Assembly (NCBI RefSeq): GCF_000143415.4
Contig: NW_003314332.1
Location: forward strand, 682,001 to 746,000
Direction: 5' to 3'
Source of the DNA: Selaginella moellendorffii
Lineage: Eukaryota > Plantae > Lycopodiophyta
Length of the DNA: 64,000 bases
Part shown: positions 11,795 through 23,878 of the stretch, in pieces
How positions within the stretch are numbered: the first letter of the stretch is position 1
Layout of the letters: each line of letters opens with the position of its first letter
Notes under the pieces: model-generated
Told to the model about the DNA's origin: nothing
Databases searched by the model: none
The model's input: the letters and a program-made list of their open reading frames with translations, nothing else
Program-made: the position numbers and the translations under genes

Positions 11795-12907
11795 ATGTTG
11801 TCGATGGAGCCACCGCCGATTGTTGCGAGTAGGGACATCTGTGTTGACACGAATCTCGTGATCTACTTCGTAGACGGCGATGCGAGTCCTCAGCTGGAAT
11901 CTTACCTCCGTGCATCGGTGGCCGCTGGAAGCAAGCTCTTGCTCACCAATGGCGTCTCGGGTTAGAGCTTAGTTTCTATGCTTTGATACTAAGTTTCTAG
12001 CTTTTTAGAGGAGCTGCGGCGCCTGCGCCCCACTTTCACCGGCACCTCGAGAGGTTTGACGTTCACACGATACTGTAACAGCGCACAGGAGGTAGCAGAC
12101 GCTGATCGAATTCTCCCGCTGGTGCGGCAGCAAGTCCACTATAACTTTGGTGGAATGCAGGTGAGTAATGCAGGATCTTTGCAGAACTGACTTTGTTTTG
12201 ATTGAATGCAGGTGACCGACTTGAGGATCGCACTTGAATCTTGCATGATCAGCAGTCGGGCTGAATATCATGGGCCTCGGACACTCTTCCTTCTGACCAA
12301 CGACAAGAAATTCGCGACAAGCTTCACTGTTGGGGGTCCTGGGTTGGTCGAGGTCCTAGCCGACCAATTGGCCGGTAACCTGTGTCCGGTGGTCTCCTTC
12401 CAGTCACTAGGCGCTGAGGCTTTCGTTCCAAGACGACGATCGCAGAAAACCACTGGCACCGCCGGTACCGGGCCTGGAAGTGGTAGAACCTCTGGTGGCA
12501 GCCCGCGGCCGCTCGGAGGCAGCAATCAGCATGGCGGCAAGGGAACTTCCGCTTCTGCTCCCAGTGTGGCATCTCCTGGACCTTCCAAGGTGTGGAAGCC
12601 GAAATCCAATTTGCTGGTGGAGCTACTTGCATGGCACAAAAGCTTGTGGATCAGCTTGAGCAGCAGGAAGCCGCTGGAAGTTCACTACTACTACTGTGAC
12701 AGCAGCGCGTTTGATGCGCTCCAGCGAGGTCCGCTGCGTGCATGGAAGAAAAGCCTCGGCAAAGTCTGCTTCTTTGCACCCTTGAGTGCTGTTAGGACTG
12801 GAGCAGCATCCGGGTGGTCTCCCTACCGAAACAAGTACGGGATCGAGCTTTCAGGTTTTAACGATGGTGGTGACGAACTTCATTGCTGCATCGGCTACTG
12901 CTCCTGA
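11795..12907 (+). CDS. PIN/VapC-like ribonuclease-domain protein; exons 11795-11960, 12009-12160, 12212-12907 (~337 aa); homology continues past frameshifts to 13084
   Basis: Spliced translation: DICVDTNLVIYF...LLLTNGVSEELRR...MQVTDLRIALESC...LFLLTNDKKF, the D/E/D/TxD acidic quartet of PIN domains; GT-AG introns of 48 and 51 nt. Confidence 0.7.
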
Positions 12908-13139
12908 CGAGAGGCCCGTGTTCCTCACTGGCAATGCCAAGTTCGCCAAACGGTTCAGGAAAGAAGCATTTCGTGAAGCCGTCTACCAGGGCTAGCAATG
13001 CCGTTCCTGATTGACGTCCGAATGATCGATGGGACGAAGGACGAGCCTCAAGTGCTGGAATTGCAGTGGTCAGGTGCGAATTAATCAGCGCGTCCGAGAA
13101 GAATTTTGGAGCCTGTAAATTTTGAGAGACTGTCAACGC

Positions 13140-14199
13140 GAAACGTTACCGCGTCCTCCGTTCGATCGGGCACGGCAGTCGAACAGCTGACGGGCAAGAT
13201 GGAGCTGACCGTGCTGACCGTACGGTCGTCCACGTGACCACGGTGACCGCATCGCGGCATCTCGTCAAACAGGGCTTTCAGTAAATGCCCAGTTCGGGCA
13301 TATGCCGCGAGAAGAATATTCCATGAGATAACGTCTCTCTCGGGCATCTGGTGAAACAGGGCAAGCCATTCGCGGACATTGCCATCGTGGGAGAGGATGA
13401 GGTTCCAGGAGATTAGGTTTTCTCGATTCGCCACGCGATCGAAGAGCTCCCTCGCGCGATCGATGCTCGCGCCGTGTTGCGCGAGGCCGGCGAGGATGGA
13501 ATTCGCCGATAGGTCGTCTCTTTCCGGCATCCGATCGAAGATTTCCTGTGCCTGGTCGACGCGGCCGTGGTGGGAGTAAGCAGCCAGGAGCGCGTTGTAG
13601 GAAACGAGGTTGCGCTGGGGCATGGCGGTGAAGATCTGCTCGGCATCGCCAAGATTTCCAAGCCGGGCGTGTGCCGTGAGCATGGAATTCCAGGACACCA
13701 GATCTTTGTCCGGCATTCCATCGAAGAGATCTCTGGCTTCTTGGAGCTTCCCCGATCGCGAGCACGCGGGGATCAAGATATTCCAGGCCATCTCGTTCCT
13801 CTCCGGCATGCAGTGATCGAAGAAGGATTTGGCGTGGAGGATCTGGCCGGTGTGCGCGTAGGCGGCGAGCACGGAGGTCCAAGACACGACATTGGTGATA
13901 GGCATGCGATCCAGCGCGATCTTGGCGTCACTGGCGCTGCCGCGGCGGGCGTGGGTGGAGAGCACGATGTTCCAGGAGAAGAGATTGGGGTGAGGGATGT
14001 GGGAGAAGACGAGGAGCGCGCGGTCGAGATGGCCGCAGTTGCGATGCATCTCCATGACGAGATTGCACAGGAAGACATTGTGGCGGTGATCGGAGGCAAG
14101 GATCTGAGCGTGCAGTGCCTGGCCCTGTGCCACATTCTTGGATCTGGATGCCTGCTTGAGCAGCGCCGCGTAGCGATCGCGATCCGTGTGGTCCAACAT
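13140..14199 (-). pseudogene. Truncated duplicate of the 5' ~1.06 kb of the PPR gene at 3391-5889
   Basis: Near-identical DNA to ~4820-5880 with small deletions and a frameshift near 13250; lacks the C-terminal half. Confidence 0.85.
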
Positions 14200-14240
14200 A
14201 GACTTGGGAGTTTTAGGGTTCTTGGAGGAAGCTTTGAGCG

Positions 14241-15733
14241 ATGGCGGAGGAGCTGGATGAGCTCTTGATGTTCCTTTCTTCGCCAGCGCCAAACGTAAGA
14301 GTTTGTTTCCATTTCATTGCGCCTGACAAGAGCTCCTTTCGCAGCTTAGAAAGGCCGCGGTAGACATCATCGAAGGCTTGACTGGAAGCGACGAGGGGAT
14401 TGCCAAGCTCAGCACCAAGCTCTCGATTCTCCTCCCGGCTCTCGTACAGCTCCTTGCTGGTAACAAGGCAAGAAGCGGATCCATGTCTAGTGCCTAAAAG
14501 CCTGTGAATGATCTTACGTCCAGCTCGTTGCGAAGCCAGCGGCAGGAGCTCTGGTCAATCTGTCACAGGATCAGGAAGTGGGAGAGATGCTGCTTGAACT
14601 GGGAGCTGTTGCAAGCGCCATGGATCAGATAGGCAAGCAAGGCCAGGACGTGGATAAGCTCATGGTGATGCTCCTCGTGAACTTGACGACTCTAGAGCCT
14701 GGTGCTCGGCTGCTATGCGAGGTGTGATGCTTGCTCTCCTTCGCCATCTCCAAATCTCTCTTACAATTTTCTTGCTAGGAGGGCGATGAGAAGCTCAAAG
14801 GACTACATATGAGTCGTCTCGTGAGATTGTTCTCGCGGACCCCAGAAGAAGGTATGATAAGAAAGCTGTTCTTGTACACTACCTGTGTGTGTTGCGTAGG
14901 TGACGATGCGTACGAGCACGTTGGAGCAATTCTTGTCAACGTATCGCGAACGGACTTGGGACGCAAGCTCATGCTGGACACCAAGCGAGGCCTCTTGAAA
15001 CAGGTTTTACGCCAATGCGACTCCAAGAGTCTTGTTCGCAGGCGAGGAGTAAGTTGATGAAAAAATCTGTTTCGTTAGATAAGTTTTGCGACTTTCTCAT
15101 CTTTGTTCTTCGTGCGCAGGTGATTGGCACCATCCGCAACTGTTGTTTTGAAGCTCCGTCCCATCTGCCGAGCTTGCTTTCCCTGTCCGAGCTTCTGTGG
15201 CCATGTCTCATCCTTCCAGCCGCAGGAAGCAAGGTCTTACTCAATTGTTGCACCATTGCGGGAATTCAGCTAAGCCCTCTCTCGTCGACGTGATGCCGCA
15301 GATCTATAGCGAAGAGGAGCGATCCAAGATGCCCCCGGAGCTGGCGGTTCCATTGTCCATAGAACGCCAGGCGGAACCAGACTCCCAGATCCGTCGCGAA
15401 GCCTTGGATGCTCTCTACCTGCTCATAAAGCAGGTGAAGTGAAGCGCTAGACTTTCTAGATCCGATCCCCAGGGCTGATTTTGTGGTCGTGTACCAGGAG
15501 GCTGGATTTAGAGCGTTTTGGGAGCTCGGTGGAGCCGACGTTCTCAAGTCCGGCTACGAGAACGAAGAAGATCCGGAAGTCATGGACAAGTACGAGCAGC
15601 TGGGGTCACTGGTAAGAACTGACACACACGCACTTCTTTTTTTCTCCCTGCATGCGCGTACGTATCAAACTCAAACACATTCTTCTACGCGTGCGCGTCA
15701 CAGATCATCGCGCAGAGTGGCAGCAGCTCTTGA
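14241..15733 (+). CDS. HGH1: HGH1/FAM203 homolog (eEF2 chaperone), multi-exon
   Basis: MAEELDELLMFLSSPAPN|LRKAAVDIIEGLTGSDEG..., ALVNLSQ, LMVMLLVNLT, YEHVGAILVNVS, GTIRNCCFE, GYENEEDPEVM; short GT-AG introns. Confidence 0.85.
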
Positions 15734-15931
15734 CCGCAGTGATCGATGATCGATTCGGTTTGACAAATTGTTAGCGAAAGACTGGAGAAAAGTTTGTGTC
15801 AAGCACACTCACACCGGAAAAGTCCTTGAATATTCGCTCCTTCTGCACACGCCTACTAGTCAACGGAGGTTTTTGCGTGCTTCGCTCTTCTCGTACAAAG
15901 AGAAGAAAACAAAAGCCAAAGGTTTTTATTT

Positions 15932-15983
15932 TGTGTGTGTGTGTGTGTGTGTTGTGGAGAGGTGTAGAGAGAGAGAGAGAGAG
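15932..15983. repeat. (GT)n and (GA)n microsatellites upstream of cytochrome b5
   Basis: tgtgtgtgtgtgtgtgtgtg...agagagagagagagagaga. Confidence 0.9.
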
Positions 15984-16027
15984 ACCTAAGCGCTGGGCGC
16001 GGCGTGGGTGAGAGGAATCTGGCGAAG

Positions 16028-16569
16028 ATGTCGAAGATTATGGCCTACTCCGAGCTCGCCGAGCACAACAATCGCAAGGATTGCTGGCTTCTCATCTCCG
16101 GAAAGGTATCTTGTGCCCTGATCTGCCGGATCCAATAGGGCTCCCTCGATCTGTGGAATGCCAAATTTTTCTCAACTCTCTCTCTCTCGTGGGCAGATTT
16201 ACGACGTGACCAAGTTCCTAGAGGACCATCCCGGCGGCGATGAAGTCATCCTCTCCGCCACAGGTAAGTGACAACTTCCGGTGCCAAGGAGCGCGAGATC
16301 ACACTTTTTCTCCTCCAGGGAAGGATGCCACGGACGATTTCGAGGACGTCGGGCACAGCAGCAGCGCTCGCGACATGATGCACAGCTATTACATTGGCGA
16401 GGTGGATTCGGCAACTCTGCCGGCCAAGCCCACATTCAAGCTGGCGACCCAGGACGCGTATAATCCCGACAAGACCTCGCAGTTCCTCATCAAGATCTTG
16501 CAGTTCTTGGTACCCCTGGCCATCCTCGGGCTGGCGGTTGCCGTGAGATTTTTTACCAAACAATCCTGA
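16028..16569 (+). CDS. CB5: Cytochrome b5 (tail-anchored), 3 exons
   Basis: MSKIMAYSELAEHNNRKDCWLLISGK|IYDVTKFLEDHPGGDEVILSATG|KDATDDFEDVGHS plus a C-terminal TM helix. Confidence 0.95.
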
Positions 16570-17062
16570 AAGGTTTGAGCAAGTCTTCCTCCTCCTCCAC
16601 ATTCGTCATCGTTCGTTCTACTCTCTCTTTCTCTTTTCTCCCCAGGAAATAGGAAAGAACAAAAAAAGTTCCAGGGAAATAATTCTCCTCTCTTTTTTTT
16701 CCAGAAACCTTGCCAACCAACCAAGTGCTTAGATATTGAAATCGAAGATTGGCTTTTGCTTTGTTTCTTCGTCCCCCCAGGGCTTTATTTCTCGCGATTG
16801 ACCGACCTGGAAGAAGATTAGTTCCCAGTAATGCAAGTTTAGTTTTGTTTGACAGGTAGTTGTGATTTGTTTCTAAGTCACAAACTTTGGAAGAAAAAGA
16901 GAGGAGTAGATTTAATATATAAAAGTCTTACTTTTCTCTCCGACTCCGACTCAAATAATTACATCATCGTCTCTTGCTCTTGATTGCTTAAAAAGTGTGC
17001 CTGTCTCTCGAGAATCCTTTTGGTTGGTCACGTCTCCTCCTAACAAAGCTGTGCTCCTCTGC

Positions 17063-18202
17063 TCATAGCTCCAGATCAAACTTTCGCTGCTTCTTTGGCA
17101 CCGGGAAGTCCATGATCACGGAGCTCCCACACTTGGGACACCTGGGATCCAACTGCGAGATCATCACGTACATGAGGCACCGCTTGCAACCAGTGAGGGT
17201 GACCTTGGCCGGTTGGCTTGGCGGAGGCGATGGAGACGACCGGGGAGACGATGCGGCGGGCGGGAGCAGGCAGAGGCACTCGGAAGAGGTGGTGGTGACG
17301 ACGCTGCTGGCATCCTCCTCCTGGTTGCTCGACAGATTGAGCTTGAGGTCGAGACCACCACTCTCGCTCTCGTTCTCCCTGTCCTCCTTGTAAATCGGGT
17401 TTGGATGATCCGCATTAGCAGCAGCGTCGTCGCCGTCGTCGCCTTGCTTTTTCCTCCTCCACAGCTGTGTGGCTTCGCCACCATTCTTTCTCTTGACCGC
17501 CGCCGCCTGCTTTCCAAGTTCGGATTGCAGTAGCTCCAGGGACATGTGACAGGAGGCTGCTGGAGGCGATCCAAACGGTGGCTCTGCGGGTGAGCAAGAG
17601 TGGCCTTCGCGAGGATCATTGCAGGTGGTCTTGCCAGTGTTCCAATTGATGAAAAAGACCGTTCCAGACTGCACAAAAAATTATCGGTTTAATCAATCGG
17701 CTCGGCCTGTTGCACCATTTCAAAAATACAGACAAAAAACAATCAAGGCACACTCAATTACCAAGAACGAATCTTGGCCAAAATGGCAAACAAAAAAACG
17801 AAGAAAGCAAAAAACAAAACAACGAGAAGGCTAAACAACAACGTGAAAAAAGCGTGAAAGAAAACATCAACTCTTTTTGCTACGATCCACCCAGAAAGAA
17901 ACCGGACATACCTTCAAGTCGAGTCTTTTCTCCCATCCTTTCGGAAGCGGAACATCCTGGCCGAGCTCCAAAAAATCCGATTGTTGTTCTTCACCATCCG
18001 TTGTCATGGTAGTATTCGAAGCCGCTCGTCCACCTAGCAGGTCCAAAGTGTGGTGCCTTCCAACGCCGGATTCATCAAAGGGCTTCCCCAGCATCATCTC
18101 CAGCAGCTTCTGATGATCATCGCCCCAAGCTCGTTTCTTGCTCATGCGAGCAATACCACCGAGCTCACCACTGCCCCACCCGACTTCCAGTGCCACAGCC
18201 AT
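17063..18202 (-). CDS. CFL1: CURLY FLAG LEAF1-like WW-domain protein; exons 17912-18202 and 17063-17668
   Basis: PLPKGWEKRLDLK|SGTVFFINWNTGKTTCNDP (WW), LDLKLNL (EAR), GCKRCLMYVMI..DPRCPKC zinc ribbon; spliced length 897 nt is in frame. Confidence 0.8.
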
Positions 18203-21200
18203 CACCTCTCAATGCAATTTCACGAGCTCCTTCCCCCCTGACTCTATAGCAATATAGCAGCAGCAGCAGCAGCAGCAGCGGCGGCGGCGACGGCGGCTGC
18301 TGCAAAAAGAGTGGGAATTTACCGAGCAAACTTTAGCAGCGCAAGGAAAGAATGGAAGAAGAAGCGGCTTTACCCCGGAGAAGAAGCAAAGCAATACTAG
18401 CGGCGCAGCAGCGGCGGATGATGGATGAAGAGGTCTGTCTGTCAATGGAAGTGGTAGTAGAAGAAGAGGAGGCTTCCATTGGCATTGAATGCTGCCATCT
18501 CCTTCACGCTACGCACAGGGGCCCCAGGCTCTTAACTTCCACATTTACTGGCTTGATGGGATGCACCTCCTCCCTCTTTCAAACATTCGTCTCGTCTCGT
18601 CTTCTTCTTCGATCCAATCTCTCCTCACTCAACTCCGCTCGCTCAACTTGACTGTGCTTCTTCGACTTGCTGCTCAGCTGAGTATGAGATAGAACTGAGT
18701 TGAGTAACCGGCCAGTCGGCTGGACCGAGCTATCTATCTATCGCAAGCCCTTCTCTCTCCCTGTCCCCCCCTCCCCCTGTTAGAGCTATTATATAGACTG
18801 TGCCCGGCCAAATACGATTACCGTCATCACCTTTAAGGTACTATACTAGTCTCTAGCCTGACTTTCCTTTTATACTAATTCTATGATATGATATGAAATG
18901 ATCGCATATCTATCTATATCAATACTACTGCTCCGTCCGAAACTCACCTGAGGAAAAACTTAAAACTATCCTACTACCCCTGTGATTCTCTAGCCTCTAC
19001 GGGCACATATACTACTGCCCACCTTCCTTGAATCCTTACCTTACCACCGCTACCAGCGATGATATATTAGATTCCCTCCAGTGTTCCGAGCCGACTAGAC
19101 TGAACACACATGCCCCTTGGTGTTGCATGGCAAAGATCCCATCTTTCACGCTAAGAACCGGCCTGTTGTCTAAATTACCAGCGAAGGTATTAGCTGAGCA
19201 TGCATGGGTGGAATTGAAATCAACAGAGGATACTTATCTGGAGGAGGCTGCACACAGTTGATGGCACAAGTATGATTGCCAGCTGCCCCTGGCTATTGGG
19301 TTTGATGACCCTTTAGTGCTTGCCTTGAATGGCCTCTCTCCAAATTTCCAGGCGCCACTAAATGCACACCTCTCGTCGCCGTTAGTTTAGTCATCATGTC
19401 CGGTAATCCGCCCGCTAATGGCTTCAATAATGCTCCTCCAAATCCCGCCCGAGCCGGGTCGGGTCGGGTCTCTCACTCGACTGCAACAACTGAAAACCAA
19501 GTCAGTGCCGGATATTTCCCTCAGACTTTGAGCAGCATTGTCTTACCTTCTTTCTACGTTGCAATCAGAACTCCGACCACCTAAATGTGTGAGGGATTTG
19601 AAAAAATCGCAAGATAAATGCACAGGGAGTAAATTCGAGTCACCTAACACAAAGGACCGGTGGCTGACAATGGCAATGGCAATTGGAAGAGATCAATCTC
19701 TCCTCTTTGTCCACAAAAATATATACCACCCAGAAAACAATGCGGCAAGCGATGCGATGCGATGCCATGCCATGCATAGAAAAAAAGAAAGAAATGTTAT
19801 CTTACTCTTTCTACGAACCTTTGAATTTGAACCTTTCAGGCTCTGTTGTTGTACTGGCCGTGTCGAATCTTTTGTTGGGAGCGGGAGAGGAAGCGGTAGG
19901 TGAATGTTTAGTTGTCTACGTGTGATTCTTCGCGCATTTATGCAATTGCAACACCTTGTGCGTCAGCTCAAGCTCATCGTCTAGTAACTTGAGCATTTTT
20001 TTCTTCGACTGCAATACGCGAGAAAGAATAAGAAGTTATAAGAAAATAAAAGTCATAAAAAGATACACTAAGCTTGGGCATTGATGCGGTTGAATGCGCG
20101 ATAGCAACCCGCAAAAGGAAAAGCAAAAAAGATATTCACGAAATCAAAGCAAGACCGAGAAAGATAAGATAATCTCCGCTCAGGCAAACTCAGGCAGTTA
20201 AAACATGTGACATGTTTAGCGCACTGCATGTCCTTTGACACCACTCAATGCAAAATAATGCCTGTGATCTCCCGATAAATCATTTTCCCAGCAGCCTATT
20301 ACATGCAAAGCAGTAGTACTGCAAAGATGAAGTACACTTTCAAACCAGTCTTCCTCACTCGCCATTTGAGCCAGCCAATGCAGAAGAAAGATAAGATGGT
20401 AATAACACGGACAGAAGCTACGAACCCAGTTATCCAGGCCTAAATGTGTAGGCAAAGACTTGTGCTCCACTTTATGACAATGCAAATGCAATGCAAGAAC
20501 AGACGCATCGCATCCCACCACCATGTCAATCACCAAACCCAACTCAACTCAACGTCGAGCCTCGAGGAAGAGGAAAACCAACCTGTAGTTTCGATGGATG
20601 GATGGATCACACCAGCGTCCTTCCTCTTGGCGTCATATCTGACCGTAGCAGGCATGAAGACCTCTTTTCGAAGTATAAGCTCTGCTGCTGCTGCTGCTGC
20701 TACTGCTGCCCCTAAAAGTTGTAAAGGAAATGAAAACAAAAGAGAAGTTAGTGTCGCAAAGGCATACCTTTGTTGCAAGCTTTTGAGAGCCCACGTGTGG
20801 TTTCATGGTCCGGCTACCTTTCTATTTATGAAATTCCGAAATGAAAGCCCACCTTAAGATGTCCCATATCGGAATGCCTCCATTATCTTAGACACGGACC
20901 GTCCCTTAATCCATCATATTGGCATTCAAGTTGCACCCTCCTCCACATTGTTACGGTTCCCCAATCCTAAAGCAAGCAAAAGAACCAGCAAAAGTAAGTA
21001 AATCCCGTTGTCTTAAGGGTTTGCTATTGCCAAGGACAACCAAAGCATTCATGTCTCAGCAACATCACAGTATTCAACTCGAAAAAGATAGCCACATGCA
21101 AAGACGAAGACATTGCAAGCCATAAACACCAGCGTGGCCCCTGAACGGTGGACTTAAAAGAGGCCCACCCCTTTTCTTCGTTCATTCTAAAACAAAAGTG

Positions 21201-22745
21201 AAGCCTCTGAAATCTAGTACTAAAATGACATAGTGCGGGAAATCGATTCAAGTAGCCCAGAAAAGGAGGTGAAAATGAACCGACTGGGACAAGATAAAAT
21301 CGGGAGAAGCAGTCTCAAAATCACGAGACAAATTGCTACTGTAGTTTCGGAAAGGCACACCTTAAGTGTTCATGCGGCATCAATTTCGCTTGCAGATACG
21401 CCTGGCACCAGGAAACAGAAATACAGGCCAACCTGAGAAGCAAGGAAAAGAGAAGAAAAGGAAACAACAGAAGCCGTATCCATACCTCATTGTCAAGCTT
21501 AACACCCCGTGGACTGGATATAAGATAAGCCGGACTTGAATGAGCGCTTTAAAGTGATGGAAATAGGTGACTGCGTGCGAATACAGCCGAACTGACTCCA
21601 CTGTGATGTTGTCTACGCAGAGTGACAGAGAGAAGTTATACTGCTTAAATTCTCTGCGGAGTTTGAAACTTACGTACACTTAGGTTGAGATACTTCTGTT
21701 CTCCACCTTGACAGAGATCCTGAAAGACACCAGAGAAATACGCATCATGCAACAAAAGCGACTAGAAAAGCTCGTTTTCAGTCCTGACTAGAAAACTGCA
21801 AACGCTTCAATTTGAACAATGGTGGACTGAATGCAAGCAGGTACCCCTTGAATTCACGCCGGAATATCCAACGCCAGAAATTCGCGTCGATTCAAAGAGG
21901 ATTTAAAGCAGCGCTGGTGCGTATTGCAGAAACTTTGAAGATGGCGGGCAACAACGGCTCAATCAACCACAGCAACTTAATGCAACAAACAAAAAAATAT
22001 GGTCGAAAAGAGAGAGAAACATAAAGAGACAGCCAATTGCATGCATCGGTGAAATGCGCAAATCAGCGAGCTCGAGCCAATTGCGTGCAATAGTAAACCG
22101 CACAAATCAGTGAGCTCCAGCTTGCCCTCGACATCAAACAGTAGCGTTGAAATATCAGAGATGAGCAGAAAAAGAGAAAAAAAAAATGCTTACGTCAAGG
22201 GAATGGAAGAGTCTTGCGATAACACGTACACTGGACACACCAACATAAAAGAGGCATCCGGAAACACTATGAATGCAGCCTGGCTATGGCGACAAAACAA
22301 AGGTCATACACATAAGATATATACACACACTCACATAGATAGACGAAAGCGACGACGACGTACCTGCCTAAGACGAGACCCTTCTTCACTCGCCCGCATT
22401 ATGCCACTGCGCGACTGCGCAGCCGGAAAAAAAGACAAGGGAATGAAAAGAAAAGAAAATTGTGGAAGAAGCGATGACATCTCGTCCCAGGGTACCTGAA
22501 ATCGAGGGTGAAACCGCAGCGATAGACGCCAAACCATGATCTAGTGGCCGATCGGCGATGCAATTCCGGAGACGACGATCCATCTCTCGCTAATCGCCCT
22601 ACATTTTCCTACCAAGAACCCTAAAACCCTGTTATTTTTTCAAATGATAATAATTCCCCGGATAGGCGTCGCTACGCCGTTGGATCGACCCCATGGATCG
22701 ACGGCAGCCAAGGCGTGTGTATGAATAGTAACTTACATTCAAGCT

Positions 22746-23813
22746 TTAGTTTCGTGCGAGAGGGAGAGCTCGGCATGAGTAAGTCTCTTTGAGATTGCTG
22801 CGGCTCCCCGACGACGTGAAGATGGACTGGTAAATCTCTTTGGTGGCGTTGGCCGGGATTGGAAGAAGAGGCTTGGCTTTCTTTGCCACAGCTTTCATCG
22901 TAGAGGAGTGAGTGAGAGGAGGAGCATCCTTCCTCTTGTTACTGTTGGTCTCGTCTTCGCCACTGCCACCTTCGATCGATTCGATCACTGCTCCAACGTT
23001 GCTCCTGGATTCGCCATTCTTCTCCTTCTTGGTAACGCGCCTGGCCGCCGCTCTCTCTGCCTCCATTCTCTCGCGGAGCAGGCCAACTTCTTCGTCGGTG
23101 CCATTGAGAGGGATCTTGTCCTCGGCTTTAAACTCCGCGAAGCAGACCAAGCACGACGAGGACTGCACCTCCTTGAGCGCTCGGACGCTCAAGACATGGC
23201 CGCAGTTCTTGAGCGCCACGAACTTAAACTTGCCATTGAACTCCTGCCCCGAAACCGGGCACTGGAACTTGGTCTCGACGTGTTCGTCGTCGGGATCCAC
23301 TCCGGGGATCGCCGAGAGGTGAACCGGCGTGAGATCCTTGAGACCCCTGATGTGCCGGAATTTCTTGGGGAGGGACTTGGTGATGAGCGCGTGAACAAGA
23401 GCCTCCTTGTTGTAGAGATTCCCGAGAGGATCCATGACGCAGGGCGGCCGGAGATAATCGCAGGAGAGAGCACACTGGCACCATCTCGCTAGCCTGGCCT
23501 CGTTTGGATCCACCTTATCAGGCTTCTTCTCAGCGTACATCTTGAGGTAGCAATCCCTCGACTCGGCGCCCGTGGCACCGCCATCGCCACCGCCGCCCCT
23601 GACCCTGACCCCCAAATGGAGCGTGCTCCAGCGGCCCACACCGGATTCCTGGAGCGGTCGGCCATGGCCGAGAAGCTTACCTCCGTGAGAGAGATAGAAA
23701 GCGTCGTGCGACGATGCCCGGGGCAGCAGCGCCTGGATGACATCGCCGGCGGTGGCCGAGCGCCCCACCTCCACACACGAGGACGATGATTCGCTCCTCA
23801 CGAAGATCTGCAT
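22746..23813 (-). CDS. RTF2: Replication termination factor 2 (plant type, N-terminal ubiquitin-like domain)
   Basis: Real start MQIFV at 23813; UBL ending VRVRGG|GGDGGATGAESRDCYL; CALS...GNLYNKE; FQCPVSG...CGHVLS RING-like. Confidence 0.9.
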   Translation of the reverse strand: MQIFVRSESSSSCVEVGRSATAGDVIQALLPRASSHDAFYLSHGGKLLGHGRPLQESGVGRWSTLHLGVRVRGGGGDGGATGAESRDCYLKMYAEKKPDKVDPNEARLARWCQCALSCDYLRPPCVMDPLGNLYNKEALVHALITKSLPKKFRHIRGLKDLTPVHLSAIPGVDPDDEHVETKFQCPVSGQEFNGKFKFVALKNCGHVLSVRALKEVQSSSCLVCFAEFKAEDKIPLNGTDEEVGLLRERMEAERAAARRVTKKEKNGESRSNVGAVIESIEGGSGEDETNSNKRKDAPPLTHSSTMKAVAKKAKPLLPIPANATKEIYQSIFTSSGSRSNLKETYSCRALPLARN

Positions 23814-23878
23814 TCTCCTTGCCCTAACCCTAGCCAGGGCAGAAAAAATCCAAAGAAATAGAAGTAAAAGCACTAATT

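Noticed and set aside
14200-14292. N-terminal extension of the 403-aa PPR ORF
   Set aside because: Non-ATG start that overlaps HGH1 exon 1 on the opposite strand.
21953-21966. miR171-like 12-mer on the minus strand
   Set aside because: Only a partial match, with no evident precursor hairpin.
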